A stretch of 64,000 bases of DNA from Squalus acanthias. Taxonomy: Eukaryota. The translations under genes and the position numbers were made by a program. Positions 1-13,743 of the stretch are shown one piece after another (position 1 is the stretch's first letter; every line of letters begins with the position of its first letter). Location of the stretch: contig CM059432.1 of the NCBI GenBank assembly GCA_030390025.1, forward strand, positions 122,948,001-123,012,000. The letters are read 5' to 3'. The notes beneath the pieces are model-generated. The model did no database searches. It was not told the origin of the DNA and saw only the letters and a program-made list of their open reading frames with translations.

Positions 1-520
1 TGTTTATAAAAGACTTTTGGGTTCCTTTTTATGTTACCTGCTAATCTACATACATTCTCTTTGCCCCTCTTATTTCCTTTTTCAGTTCTGCTCTGTACTT
101 TCTGTATTCAACTTGGTTCTCTACTATATTATGAGTCTGATATTTATCATAGGCTTCCTTTTTCTATTCATTTTAACCTCTATCTTTAGTCATGCAGGGA
201 GCTCTAGCTTTGGATGCCCTTCCTTTCCCCTCGTGGGAATGTATCTAGTCTGTACCTGAACGATCTCCTGTTCTTTAATTCCAATCCACCTGGGCGAGAT
301 CCCCTTTCAACTCACTGAAATTAGCCCTCCAGTTGAATATTTTCATGTTTTATTGTTCCTTCTACATTTCCATAACTACTCTAAATCTCATGATATTGTG
401 ATCACTATTTCCCAAATGCTCTCCCACTGAAACATGCTCCACTTGCCCCACTTCATTCCCCAGAACCAGATCCAGCACTGCTGTCTTCCCTGTTGGGCTG
501 GAAACATACTGACCAAGGAC
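1..520 (-). mobile_element. Degenerate CR1 LINE ORF2 fragment
   Basis: Near-identical in stretches to the CR1 fragment at 10870-11350 (EN/tether region). Confidence 0.75.
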
Positions 521-1223
521 TGGACAATGAGGTGATAAATGGCCATGGCTGTATAGCCCGAAGTAGAGGCAGGAGGGGTTTAGAAATGGAAGAGCAGTAA
601 GCTGAGGGTGACTGACTGCTGCTAAGAAAAATAATTCAACTTTAACAGGAAATTACATAAAAACTGAATCAATATTTCTTTGTTGGCCAATTTATTCTGC
701 TTAATCATCCGAGCCATATAGAGCTGATTTTCATGACTGCTTGTATGGTCTGTCAACAGTAAAAAGGAAAATGACAAATATATTAAATATAGGTGACAGT
801 AAGTGAAACACATTGTACCAACAATGTATGTAGTCCATGAAATGAAAACAAAAATCAAAGAAATAACGATGGGTGGCAGTAGTAAAATACGAGGATGCCA
901 AGCAACAATTTTGATTTGTTTATTTAAAACATTTAATAATTTATTCAAATCCAGGAAGAATTTTTATTTATTCACTAGGGAAAATACTTCTTTGTTGGAA
1001 CTAAGGGATATTTATTTACTGATTGGTTATAGAATCAATTTAAAGTAAAGGGCGGTAGCATTAAACGCATCGAGGTACTTAATTATTGATGGAATCAGGA
1101 GGGAGATGTGAAGATTATTTCTTAATTGATTAGTTAGTTTTTAGAGAAGAGGAGAGGATTAATTTATTGATGATTTTGTGACCCTGTGTCAAAAGGTGAA
1201 GCGAAGCTATTGTTGAAGTAAAA

Positions 1224-1400
1224 ACTGAAAATGCTATATATGCACAGCAGGTGTGTCAGCATCTGAAAAGAGAAAAGATGGCCTAAGATTCCTGCAATGT
1301 TAGTCTATCTTTTTTTTCTTTTCAGATGCTAATGGATCTGCTGTGTTTTTCCAGTATTTTCTGTTTTTATTTCATATTTCCTGCATTTGCAGTATTTTTT
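1224..1400. repeat. Inverted pair of degenerate Penelope-like terminal repeat fragments
   Basis: gaaaatgct...cagcatctgaaa followed by tttcagatgct...cagtattttctg; similar to the ends of the 15432-16010 and 29610-29930 elements. A similar remnant lies at 2840-2935. Confidence 0.55.
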
Positions 1401-1946
1401 CTTTGCATTTCTGAAGTAAACTGTGGAGTCAAACCAGGACAGAAATCAGTTTTCAATTATTTATTGATTTATCAATCTTTTCGTGGAATTGATTTGTAAG
1501 AGAAACAGTCTACAACAGCTTGCATTTATATATTACCTTTAACATAGCAAAATGTCCAAAGGTGCTTCACAGTTGAGGGTCAGACTCGAGCAGGAGTAGG
1601 AGGGAAGTAATTGCGCATGGGGTCCACTTTCACATGTATGCTGACAACACCCAGCTTTACTTGTCTATGTTCCAGCATGTGCCCTCTCTTCTGTCTTTGG
1701 CTTCCTTTGTATCACACCTGCCATTCAATCTTTGCAGCAGAGCCTTCAACTGCCTTGATGCCACGCTCTGGAAAGCCCACCTTAAACCCCTTCACCTTGC
1801 TACCACTTTCCCTTCCCTCAAAAGCCTTCTTGAAACCTATCCTTTTGATTTCACCGTATCTTGTTTTTTGTGGTTGATTTTGCCAAGAATGTGTGAATCA
1901 CTTTTTCATTATCGCTAACAACATATGTTCCTCTATTGTCCTACAG

Positions 1947-2063
1947 GTGAACAGTGCTGCAAAGGACATCCTCATTTACTTAATGCAGGGACGCCTGGTT
2001 ATGAGCGCTTTAAGCTGGAACAAGTTAATTGAAGCTTTATATCCTGTGATTCCAGTTCTGCAG
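1947..2063 (+). CDS. RTTN: Rotatin internal coding exon (1st in window)
   Basis: ctacag|GTG...CAG|gtaagt; 117 nt; [39 protein letters not shown] matches my recollection of vertebrate rotatin. Confidence 0.95.
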
Positions 2064-3377
2064 GTAAGTTTAAATATATAGTTGTGAAGTAGAGATTGTT
2101 CTGTTTTTAGGATTTTACACAAGATATACCACTGGGGTTCAGTTTTAATCGCCATTCAAATGGACTTAGCACCTCAAGAACCAGAGTGTTTGTTTATTTG
2201 CCCAATACCTACACAGATGTAGTGAAACTCGGGAGATCGAACAGAGAAGCCTTGCCACTGTATTCTGCTTTACTTCAATACATCACACGTTGCCACATAA
2301 TTTACTCCTCTTTGATGAGGGGTATTAAATATACACTCTTGTTAGACTCGCGCTGTAGAACAAGAGACTAATTGCATTAACATTAGAATATAATGCTTAA
2401 TTTTTGTCACAGGGCCAATATATTCAGTAAGTTTCAGTGGATACTTGTGTAGGAGTTCACCACTTACATTGATGTTCCCTTGCAGCAAAATGAATTTGTG
2501 CCATGTTGCATTGCATCCATTTTACTGCAATGCTTTTTTTTTCTGATTTTGCTGCAGCAAGTATAACTTGTGGTGCATCAGTGAACAAGGGGCAGCAGCT
2601 GCATGGAGTTTTCTTTTTATATGACACCCCCTCTGTGGCCAAGGTGAAGCAAATATTCTGTGGCGAACTGGGCGATGTATGGCGCACAAGCAGTTATATT
2701 TTAAACTCTACATTTTTCCCATGAATTCCAGTTATTGGTCAAAATACCTTAGATGAGTTTTCTGATGTCCCAAAAGTTACAGTCCACAGAAAGAATGGAA
2801 CTGCACACAATTATAGCCTTCCTAGAAAATAAGATACCACAGATGCTGGAAATCTGAATCACAAACAGAAAATGCATTCCTTTCTTTGCAGATGCTGCCT
2901 GACTTGCTGAGTGTTTCCAACATTTTCTGTTTTTATCTTATAACATTCCCAGCTTGTAACGTGGTAAAATTCAGTCCAGAATAATTAACTGCTATTCCTG
3001 TGATATTTAAACTGTAGTCTTGTGATTTTTTTTCTCTCATTATTTCCTTGGGCTCTCGTCTGTTGATATTTAATGGCACCAAGATTTGAAATATGTAGTT
3101 ATAATTAATGTCCCTACTGAAAATTGTATGTCAATGGCACGGTTAACCCAGACTTCAGAAAAATACGGGCTGATTATGCAACTTCTCTTGCATGTGTGTG
3201 AGAAACACCACTATCAGCATATTTGTTGCACTTGAAATGATCATCACAATGTAAGAGCACCATTTTTTATTGACTGTTTTCATTGTCTTCTAATAGTTCT
3301 TCTTCTTAGTCCTGTTCCTAAAGTTTGCTTACTGTCATTTGCACCGTCTCATCTGTGTTATTTTGACTACCACTTAT

Positions 3378-5040
3378 GTAGGAACAGGAGTAGGCCATTC
3401 AGCCCCTCGCGCCTGCTGCACCATTCAATTGGATCATGGCTGATCTGTAGCTCAATTCCATTTACCTGCTTTTGCTGCATATCCCATGATACCCTTCCCT
3501 CACAAAAGTCTAATCGATATCCGTTGTGAAAATTTCAATTGACCCAGCATCCACAACCTTTTGGGAGAGTGAGTTCTGTTTTCTACTACCCTTTATGTGC
3601 AAAAGTGCTTCCTGATTTCATTCCTAAACGGCCCAGCTCTAATTTTAAGATTATGCCTTCTTGTTCTGGATTCCCCCACCAGAGGGAATACTTTCCCTAT
3701 ATCTACCCTATCGAATTCCTTCTTCATTTTAAGTACCTCAATTAGATCACCCCTCAACCGCCTAAACTCAAAGCCAAGTTTATGCAACCTGTCTTCATAA
3801 TTTAACCCTTTAAGCCTCAGAAGCATTCTGGTGAATCTGCGCTGCACCCGCTCCAAGGCCAATACATCTTTCCTGAGGTCCAGTGCCCAGAACTGAATGC
3901 AGTTCTCCAGATAGGGTCTGACCTTGGCTCTGAAGCATAACTTCCTCACTTTGGTATTTCAATCCCCTTGTAATAAAAGGCAACATTCCATTAGACTTTT
4001 CAATTACTTTTAGTACCTGTGTACTAACTTTTAGTGATTTGTGTACATAGACATCTTAATCCCTTTGTGCCTCCAGAGCTCTTAGTCTCTCACCATTGAG
4101 AAAATATTTTGATTTGTCTTTTTCAGATCCAAAGTGGATGACCTCACATTCCCCACATTGACCTCCATCTCCCGCCATAGTTTTGCCCACTCACTTATTA
4201 GGCTGTCCATGTCCCTTTGTAATTTTCTCCTCCTATCTACACAATTTACTGTGCTTCTTAATTTGGTGTCATCTGCAAACTTGGATATACAACTGTCTAT
4301 TTCTTCATCCAAGTCATTAATATATATGGTGAAAAGCTGAGGTCCCCAGTACAGATCCCTGCGGATCACCACTGGTCACATCCTGCCAATCAGAGAATAA
4401 AACCCTTTAACCCTACTCTCTGTCTCCTACCCCCCAACTAATTACCATATCACAAGGTTGCTTCCAAATCCATGGTTCTTATTTTTGTGAATAATCTCGT
4501 GTACAGAACCTTATCAAATGCCTTCTGGAAGTCCATATAGACAACATCCATACATGCTCCCACTATGCTGGTGACCTCAAAAGATTTAACTGGATTAGTT
4601 AGACATGACCTACCCTTTGGAAATCCATGCTGACTCTCATTGATCAGCTCATACTTGTCCAGATGCTCAGTTTAGTAACTTCCCCACAATTGACGTTAAA
4701 CTGACAAGTCTGTAATTACCCATTTTCTTCCCACCTTCCTTTTTTAAATAATGGAATGACATTTGCTATTTTCCAATCTTAAGACACAATTTCTGAATCT
4801 AGAGAGCTTTAAAAAATGATGACTAATTCATCTGCAATTTCCTCAGCTATTTCTTTTGATACTTGCAGTGGAAACAATCAGGTCCTTAAGATTTGTCTAT
4901 CTTGAGTCCCATTATTTTTTCAATTACCAATTTTGTTGTCTATATTAAACCCACTAAATTCCTCCTCCCCCGCCGCCCCCCCGTGACTTTTATTTAGGAG
5001 CCCTTGTACAGCTGGTATTCTGTCCTCTTCCTCTATTGTG
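3378..5040 (-). mobile_element. 5'-truncated, frameshifted CR1 LINE
   Basis: RT/C-terminal fragments (FTIYINDLD...SKFADDTKL; VRPYLENCIQFW...RRLRGDLIEV) and a CR1 3' UTR near 3380. Confidence 0.9.
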
Positions 5041-5389
5041 ATTTGAATGGGTTTTGACTGTGGTTCATAAAGATGGTTATCTTTAATATGCCTCATTGGC
5101 TTTTACCCTTTCCGGGTTGGTGCAATTTCTCAGAAACCTTGGATGCCCTGACTCTAAATGCAGATGGTTTAGCAGGTTACTTGACCTGTGTAGTTTGAGA
5201 ATTTTGCCTTGTACTATAAATGTACACATATTGTCAGTTCATCAGGATGGGATATATCACAGAAAAGCTGCTGATTAAATGTTACAGTTAAGACCACAAG
5301 TTTATTGAGTACCTGCCTTTGAGTCAAAAAGGCGACTGTTACAGTTTTGAAGTATCCCCATACCGTGTTGTGTTCTGTGGTTTTTGTAG

Positions 5390-5529
5390 GGCTTTGCAAC
5401 TACAGAAGGCCCACTAGGAAGCTGCATCCTTGCACTGAGTGAGCCGTGTGATGAAGCTGCTGCTGGCATTCTATCGCGGACAGCCAGGATTCGTGCATCT
5501 CTTCGACTTTTTATGAGCAAACAGCATTT
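5390..5529 (+). CDS. RTTN: Rotatin coding exon (2nd)
   Basis: tttttgtag|GGC...CATTT|gtaagc; 140 nt, phase 0 to 2; GFATTEGPLGSCILALSEPCDEAAAGILSRTARIRASLRLFMSKQH. Confidence 0.93.
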
Positions 5530-8229
5530 GTAAGCATATCTTAATTTATTTTAAAAGAAGCCACTGTTTAACAATGGACTGAGATACAGCTCTGTAAACT
5601 TCATCAACTTAGAAAAGGGAAGAAGTTACATTTATAGAGTGCCTTTCATGTCTTTGGGACATACCTAAAGCACTTCACAGCCAATTAAGAACTTTTGACA
5701 TCCAATCACTTGTAGGGAAATGCAGCACCCAATATGTACACTGCAAAGTCCCACAAACACATATGACCAGTTAATCTGTTTTTAGTGATCCCATGGTGCT
5801 ATTCAAAGAAGACCAAAGGAGATTTCTCAGTGTCCTGGCAATAGTTATCCCTCACCGAAAATCACTAAAACAGATTAATCTGGTCATTGTTGTCTGTGGG
5901 ACCTTGCTGTGCACAAATTGCCCACTGTTTTTCTACATTACAATAGTGACTTCACTGAAAGATATGTTGATAGGGTTCGTTGAAGTAAGGTGGGAGGAGG
6001 CTCATGTGGAGCATTAACACCAGCGTAGATCAGGTGGGCCGGATGGCCTGTTTCTGGGCTGTAAAATTCTATGTAAAAGTACTCTTTGGAATGTCCTGAG
6101 GTGAGGAAAGGTGCTATATAAATGCACGTTCTTTCTTTTTCTACTTTCTTTAGTATGGTTTCGTTAAGTCAAAAATGAGTTACAACAATGAACAAAGTTT
6201 CTTGGATTATTGTTGGGAGAAAAACTGAAACAGTTTGAAAGAATTCAGAGTCATGCTAGATAATTTCAACAGCGAGAAGCAGATGCAGGATTTTACTTTT
6301 TGGAAAGACGTACTTTTATATTAAAATCAAACCTTTAGCATCCTTCATCAGTGTATCATATGGATGCTAATATTTTATTCATAAGATACAAAATTGGGTT
6401 GGAGTAACTATACAAATAAAAAAGAAAATTAGTCAAGATCCTATGGTGGTCGGGTTGTGACGCAGTTATTGTTGTACCAACGTGTTGCACAATTGAGCTG
6501 TAAAATGCAGATTAGCACATTAGGTCACCTACTGGCTTCCCAATCTCACGAGGCTATCTGAGTGAGGTGCCATTATGTAGTCAAGGTGCCTCCCCATAAG
6601 ACAAGGGGACCTCCAGAACACTTCCAAATAACTAGCTGAGGTGCTGCACTGATTGTAGATGTGTAGGAACAAATCACTTGCCCGGCTCTTCTGCTGGTAA
6701 ATGGGGGAACATAGGAAGTTAATACAGGTAGGGGTGAAATTTTCCACTGCTTTTCAACAATAGCAATTTACCTTTTGTCCTGTGTCCAGATGGAATTAAC
6801 CATTTGAATTTATTTGTAGGAAAAAGTAGGAAGATAATTTATTCCTCCTGCGATTGTTTTTTTTAATACTTGTTGAGACAATGCTTGAACAAAATCTGTA
6901 CCAACTTTAGAAGTTTGATCTCTAAAAGAGACGTGATATAACCAGATGAATGGCACTTAGGAGTCCATCAATTCTTTGTCAAACAGTATACTGCACATAG
7001 AAATCTAATAATAGTAAAACTGTGAGAAGCAATGGAGATAAAATGACAGAGCTCCAACTGCAATGATCAAACAGCAGTGCCATGTAGGGTTAAGGCTATA
7101 ACTCATCTCAAAGAATAATTGGATCCTTTCTTGTGCTTTAATAACATTCCACAGCCATTAAAAGAAATTGATGTTTCTTGGACATATTTGATATAATGCA
7201 AATCTCCAGCCAGATATGTTTTGAATTATTAGTTTGTCCTCCATCAATTTATTACAGAAATGGGATCATATTGTAGAGGCATTAAGTAAAGCAATAGCTT
7301 TACTTCTGCATTGGCAAAGCGAGTTAAACAGTTGAAATTCTGAGGTTTTCTCATTTCTTCTACATTCCACTATCCTCCACATACCATTGTTATAGCCCAG
7401 GATGTCTATGGTGAGAATAATGGGACAGCCACCCTTTTAAGGCATTGTTGGGGAACACGTGTTTGATGCTCTTCTGTTGTGTATATAGGAACATTTTGGG
7501 CATCAGATATTGGTGGAAATTAGTCGTTTTTTTTGTGACGGCAGAAAAATTGGGAGGTCATTAAAAATATGCATCAGTCTTGACCACAGATCAACCTCAA
7601 CTGACAGGTTCTCATGGACATCTGCTCAGGTTGATCTATGTCACCTCGTATGAACACGACTGTGATGGTCACGAGTCGCCACTCTAACCCTAGCTCTTTT
7701 GTTTTGGTACAGCTACTGACATTATTTGTGTGCAGCTACAAAGGGAGCATATTTAATTCATTACCTTTGTCAAGCTGTGACAGAAATTGTGTTTTTGGTA
7801 GTGGGTCCTATGAATTTAACAGTTGTCTGCTTCTCAGCCAGAACCTAAATAATCCTCGCAAATGGACTCTGTACTCAGAGGTGACCAAATGTCTCTTTCA
7901 GTTTTCTGGAGCTGTAGCTCTTCCTGGTGTTTCACAACAAGATGTTCACTGGCTTTCTGTTCCAGAAATTGAGATCCCTGAGCTTGGAATTTGAATTGTC
8001 GCTCATTCCATGAAATGGAATATTTCTTCACTCCATTCTATCTCATTGACAGAATCTTTGGGTAAAAGTCACCAGGGTAACTGTCATACCCCCACACTGG
8101 CCCCCCAAAACCTGTTTTTCATGTGTCTCACATACAGGACCTTCTGTCACAGTTAGATGACCTGATTTGCTACTAATCTCTCCTTGACAGTTTTGCAAAC
8201 TTCGAAATTATGTCCTGTATACCCAAGTC

Positions 8230-9590
8230 CAGGTATATATCAAAAAGAGCAGTCCTGGAGAACACCACTCTCACTCCATACCTCGCTCCAGTCTGAAAAA
8301 CAACTGTTCACCACTACTCTCTGCTTTCTGTCCCTTAGCCAATTTTGTATCCATGCTGTCATTGCCCCTTTAATCCCATGGGCTTCAATTTTGCTAACAA
8401 ATCTATTTGTGGTAATTTGTCAAACACCTTTTGAAAGTCCATATACGCAACATCAATCGCACTACCCTCATCAACCCTCTCCATTACTTCATCAAAGAAC
8501 TCAATCAAGTTAGTCAAACATGATTTGCCTTTAACAAATCCATGCTTACTTTTATTTATTAGCTCATACTTTTCCAAATGTCAATTAATTTTGTCCCGGA
8601 TTAATGTCTCTAAAAGTTTCCCCACCACCGATGTTAGGCTGACTGGCCTGTAGTCGCCTGGTTTATCCCTCTCCCCTTTTTTAAACAGTTGTAACATTTG
8701 CAGTCCTCTGGCACCACCCCTGTGTCTAAGGAAGAATGCAAGATTGTGGGCAGAGCCTTCGCAAATTCCACCCTTCCCTCAGTAACCTAGGATGCATCCC
8801 ATCTGGACCGGGTGACTTTTCTACTTTGAGGACTGCCAACCTTTTAAGTACCTCCTCTTTTAACTATTTTAGACTATCCAATATTGCTACTACTTCCTCC
8901 TTTACTGCTACATTGGGAGCATCCTCTTCTCTAGTGACGACAGATGCAACACCCTCCTTTTTAATACCTCAGCCATGCCCTCTACCTCCATAAAAATATC
9001 TCCTTTTTTGGTCCCTAATCACCCCCACCCTTCGTTAAGAACATAAGAAATAGGAGCTGGAGTAGGCGATACGGTCGCTCGAGCCTGCTCTGCCATTCAA
9101 TAAGATCATGGCTGAACTTCTAAATCAATTCCACTTTCCCACCCTATCCTCATATCCCTTGATTCCGTTAGTGCCCAAAAATCTATCGGTCTCAGTCTTG
9201 AATGTACTCATCGACTGAGCATCCGCAGCCCTCTGGGTAGAGAATTCCAAAGATTCACAACCCTCTGAGTGAAGAAATTTCTCCTCATTTCAGTCCTAAA
9301 TGGCCAACCCCTTGTCTTGAGACTATGACCCCTAGTTCTAGACTCTCCAGCCAGGGGAAACAGCCTCTCGGCATCTACCCTGCTAAGCCCTTTAAGAATT
9401 TTACATGTTTCAATGAGATCACTTCTTATCTAAACTCCAGTGGATATAGGCCTATTCTACTCAATCTCTCTTCAGAAATGGTTTTACTATTTATATGTTT
9501 ATAAAAGACTTTTGGGTTCCCTTTTAGGCTAGCAGTTAATCTATTCCCGTACGCTCTCTTTGCCCCTCTTTTAGATCTCCTCTGTACTTT
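8230..9590 (-). mobile_element. CR1 LINE fragment with a nested CR1 3' end (~9036-9470)
   Basis: HGFVKGKSCLTNLIEFFDEV RT motif; the nested piece starts at a taagaacataagaa tail. Confidence 0.85.
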
Positions 9591-9616
9591 GGGAGGAATG
9601 TATAAATCACTGGTTA

Positions 9617-10158
9617 TTGTGGACAATTCTGGGAACCACAGTTCAGGAAAGATGTAAAGGCCTCAGAAAGGGTACAGAGGGGGTTATCTGGGATGTTACC
9701 AAGGATGAAGGACTTCAGATATGAGGAGAGGTTGGAAAAGTTAGGACTGTTCTCCTTGGAACAGAGAAGGTTAAGATGTGATCTAATGGAGGTTTTCAAG
9801 ATGATGAGAGGTTTTGATAGAATAGATAGAGAAAAACTATTCCCTCTGGTGAGTGAGTCAATAGCCAGAGGTCATAGATTTAAAATCATTGGCAAAAGAT
9901 CTAGAGAGGAGATGAGGAGAAATGTTTTCACTGAGTTGTCGGGATCTGAAACGCTCTACCTGAAAAAGTGGTGGAAGCTGATTCCATAAATAATTTTAAA
10001 AGGGCGTTGGACGGGTACTTGAGGATGAGGACCTTTACAGGGTTACGGACAAAAAGCTGGGAGTGTGGGACTGAGCACGACTGCTCTTTCAAAGAGCCAG
10101 CACAGGCACGACGGGCCGAATGGCCTCCTTCTGTGCTGTAAGTTTCTATGATTCTATG
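9617..10158 (+). mobile_element. CR1 LINE 3' fragment
   Basis: YEERLEKLGLFSLEQRRLRCDL...; ends in a ttctatgattctatga tail. Confidence 0.9.
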
Positions 10159-10869
10159 AAGAAGGTGCAAAGTGATTTTAGACTTTAATTTAGGGAATTG
10201 CCTTTTTATCTCCATATGATTTAATTTAATTTTTTAACGAAAGAAACTTCAGGCACAAACCATGGCTTTATAAAGAAAACAACCATTTATTATTAATACA
10301 TTAGAAAATTGACCTTAGAATCTAAACAATATCTTGGGTGTATGCGCGAATTAGAATTGCCTGAACAATACAACAACACCTTCTGAATTTCCAAAATGCA
10401 TAACCATTTAGAAATCAAATATCTACCTCAGACTAACCCCATTACGAAAGTTATATTCATGTTTGGTTCAAGCTTGTCTGGAAGATTGCTCGTAAGTCGT
10501 CAAGAAGATACCAGGTGAGGTGGTGCTGCCAGAAAGCGAAAGGCAAGGTTGGAGCAGTCACTGGTGGAGCTGCGTCTCTTATTATTGAGAAAAAAACAGC
10601 TTATCTTTTTTTTAAATCCTTTATAATGTAGAACCACATCTCTGGGGTGGTGGCTTGTCAACAATAGGCTCTGACAAATACAACCCACGATTGATTGACA
10701 CACTTGTTTTCTTTCAGTGTCCACAACATAACGTATGCAGGTGTTCAAAGTGACCTCCAGCCAGCCTGGACTCGTTCTTGTTGCTATGGTGATCTATCAT
10801 CTGCTGTGTGGTCTTTTACAATGTGTCCTTTTAAGAGTTCTTTTTCTTCAGACATGCTGGAGCCGATTA

Positions 10870-11900
10870 AGTATCAGGCTTTAATTTATCGTATGATTTT
10901 TCACTACACTTTCTATATTCAGCTTGGTTCTTTGCTGTATTATGAACCTTACATTTGTCATAAGCCTCCTTTTTCAGTCTAATTTTAACCTCTACACCTT
11001 TAGTCATCCGGGGAGCTGTAGCTTTGGATGCCCTTCCTTTCCCCTCATGGGAATGTGTCTGCTCCGTACCCGAACCATTTCCTCTTTGAAGGCCTCCCAT
11101 TGTTCAATTACTGTTTTGCCTACCAATTTTTGATTCCAATCCACCTGGGCCAGATCCCTTTTCAAATCACTGAAGTTAGCCCTCTTCCATTTTTGTTGCA
11201 TGATTGTTCCTTGTTCTTTTCCATAACCTGATGATATTATGATCACTGTTCCCCAAATGCTCTCCCACTGAAACATGCTCCACTTGCCCCACTTCATTCC
11301 CCAGAACTAGATCCAGCACTGCTTCCTTCCTCGTTGGGCTGGAAACACACTGATCAAGAAAGTTCTCATACACATTTCAGGAATTCCTCCCCCTCTTTGC
11401 CATTTACACTGTTATTATCCCAGTCTATTTTAAGTTAATTGAAGTCCCCCATTATCACTACTCTGTAGTTCTTGCATCTTTCTGTAATTTGCCTGCAAAT
11501 TTGCTCCTCTATCTCCTTCCCACTATTTGGTGGCCTAAAGTATATGCTCAGTAGTGTAATAGCTCCTCTATTAATTCTAACCAAATAGACTCTGTCTTTG
11601 GCCCTTTAACTAAATCATCCCTCTCCAGTGCTATAATAGTTTATTTGATCAATACTGCCACCCCCTCCTTTTTTTTCCTTCCCTATCCTTCCTGAATATC
11701 TTGTAGCCAGGAATAGTAAGTTCCCAATACTCCCCTTGTTTGAGCCAGGCCACTTATCATAGTCCCATGTGGCATCTTGTGCCTGCAGCTCACCAACCTT
11801 ATTTACCACGCTCTGTGCATTTACGTACATGCACTCCAAACCCATCTTAGACTGCCTTGCATTTGACCCCTGTCTGACCCCTCCAATTTCTGTACTATTC
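10870..11900 (-). mobile_element. CR1 LINE endonuclease-region fragment
   Basis: MYVNAQSVVNKVGEL, FLDQCVSSPTRKEAVLDLVL and GNSDHN APE motifs in broken frames. Confidence 0.85.
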
Positions 11901-11969
11901 TTAACTCTAGTGCTAGTTTCAGTTGAACATTTTTGAATCATTGTTCAAAATTGTTGAATTGTTCAAATA

Positions 11970-12420
11970 TGAAGCTCGACACCATCCAGGACAAAGCAGC
12001 CCGCTTTGAATGGCACCCCATCCACCACCTTAAACATTCACTCCCTCCACCACCGGTGGACTGTGTGCAAAATGCACTGCAGCAACTTGCCAAGGCTTCT
12101 TCAACAGAACCTCCCAAACCCGTGACCTCTACCACCTAGAAGGACAAGGGCAGCAGGCATATGGAAACACCATCATCTCCAAGTTCATCTTCAAGTCACA
12201 CACCATTCTGACTTGGAAATATATCGCCGTTCCTTCATCGTCGTTGGGTCAAAATCCTGGAACTCCCTCCCTAACAGCACAGTTGGGAGTACCTTCACCA
12301 CACGGACTGCAGCGGTTCAAGAAGGTGGCTCACCACCACCTTCTCGAGGGCAATTCGGGATAGGCAATAAATGCTGGCCTTGCCAGTGACGCCCACATCC
12401 CGTGAATGCATTAAAAAAAT
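11970..12420 (+). mobile_element. 3' fragment of a second CR1-group LINE (family B)
   Basis: KLDTIQDKAAR...; 3' end gccttgccagtgacgcccacatcccgtgaatgc-A-run, shared with the copies at 17550, 36180 and 59762. Confidence 0.8.
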
Positions 12421-12724
12421 ATATATATCAGCTGTTAAAGGTCAGGCACTTGGTGAAACAAAAACACTTTTTATTTCCTGTTGTACCTTCAAGAATTCTA
12501 ATCAGAGCATTATCAAAATGGCAGCGTTAAACAAAGTGTTTCTACTTCCATTCTACATATGTACCAAACTTACGTTCTACATGTTCAACATGAACCAAGA
12601 ACATTAGCTGCCCTATTTATAATTAGCCTTGTCTGGTGGCCATGATCAGCTTTTTTTGATAGTATAATCTAGTTGTTTTTAACTTGGAAGAACTATTTAA
12701 TCTTTCTATCTATTTGTTCAACAG

Positions 12725-12896
12725 AGTGCGCTCTGCAGCTCTTACACACTTGATGCCGTACCTGGTAAATGAAGAAGGAGCCGCCAATAAACAGCCTGCA
12801 TTACAAGGAAGTATATTCAACAGTGCGTCTAATTTGTATATATTGGATAAACATATTGATTTACAATTAGAAGACACTGGCAAATCCTTTTTTAAG
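12725..12896 (+). CDS. RTTN: Rotatin coding exon (3rd)
   Basis: ttcaacag|A GTG...AAG|gtgaga; 172 nt; VRSAALTHLMPYLVNEEGAANKQPAL...DLQLEDTGKSFFK; phases fit both neighbours. Confidence 0.93.
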
Positions 12897-13334
12897 GTGA
12901 GAAGCCATCATTTTGTTGTTTCTTCTTTCAACTGTACAAGATATGTTAACAAAGTATATATTTGTCCCTGTGATAACCTTTGTGTAGATTCTAATTGTTC
13001 ACATGTAGTTGCATATCAAAGTTCTCCTTTCTAGGCAAATAATTCCTAAAATATAACCAGGTGAAGTTAAAGGTAAAAGGAAAGCGAGAGAGACGTAGAC
13101 ACGGATGAGGAAAGCTATTCGGCTCATCATTTCTCGTCCACCCAGAAAGACAGTACAGTCCTCCTCCATCACTGTATCCAAATGCCTCTTAAATGATTCG
13201 AAAGCTTATGATCACTGCTTCAGTCCTAAATTTGCTTTTCTCTAGTTTGGACCTGTGCTCCCTTGTCCTGATGTCACCATTTAATTTAAAGCAGTGTTCT
13301 GAATAATGGTTTCCTATACTGTTTATTATTATTT

Positions 13335-13743
13335 CGAGGAGTGCCGGGCTGACAGATCGCGGCTGGCCACCCCACAGCAGGAGGCCAGAGGGAGCAGGTG
13401 CTGGCAGGCGACCTAAAAACAAAATGGCCGCCCGGCACCTGCCCTTTAATTATCGCCGCCCCCGCCGCAAAAACGCCCCCCTGACCCTGTTGGACATAGC
13501 GTCCAGCGGTAGGTCGAGGGGGCGGCGGGGGGGAACCAAGTTTGCGGGTGTGAGCGGGGCGCTGCGCACGACGATGATGTAATCGCCAGAGACGCACCAC
13601 CACAGGACGCTACCGTCGCCGCTAACTTCCTGCTGAATTTTGCGGGAGGCGTTAGTGGCGCTGCGCCCGGGCGCTAGTTGCTTTGCGCCCCATTAGCGTC
13701 ACGGGGCGCTAACGAGGCGCAAAGCAACCAAATTTTTCTCCCT
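13335..13743. mobile_element. GC-rich non-autonomous DNA transposon end (Harbinger-like MITE fragment)
   Basis: 13634-13743 is the reverse complement of 36827-36940; ends aaatttttctccc. Confidence 0.55.
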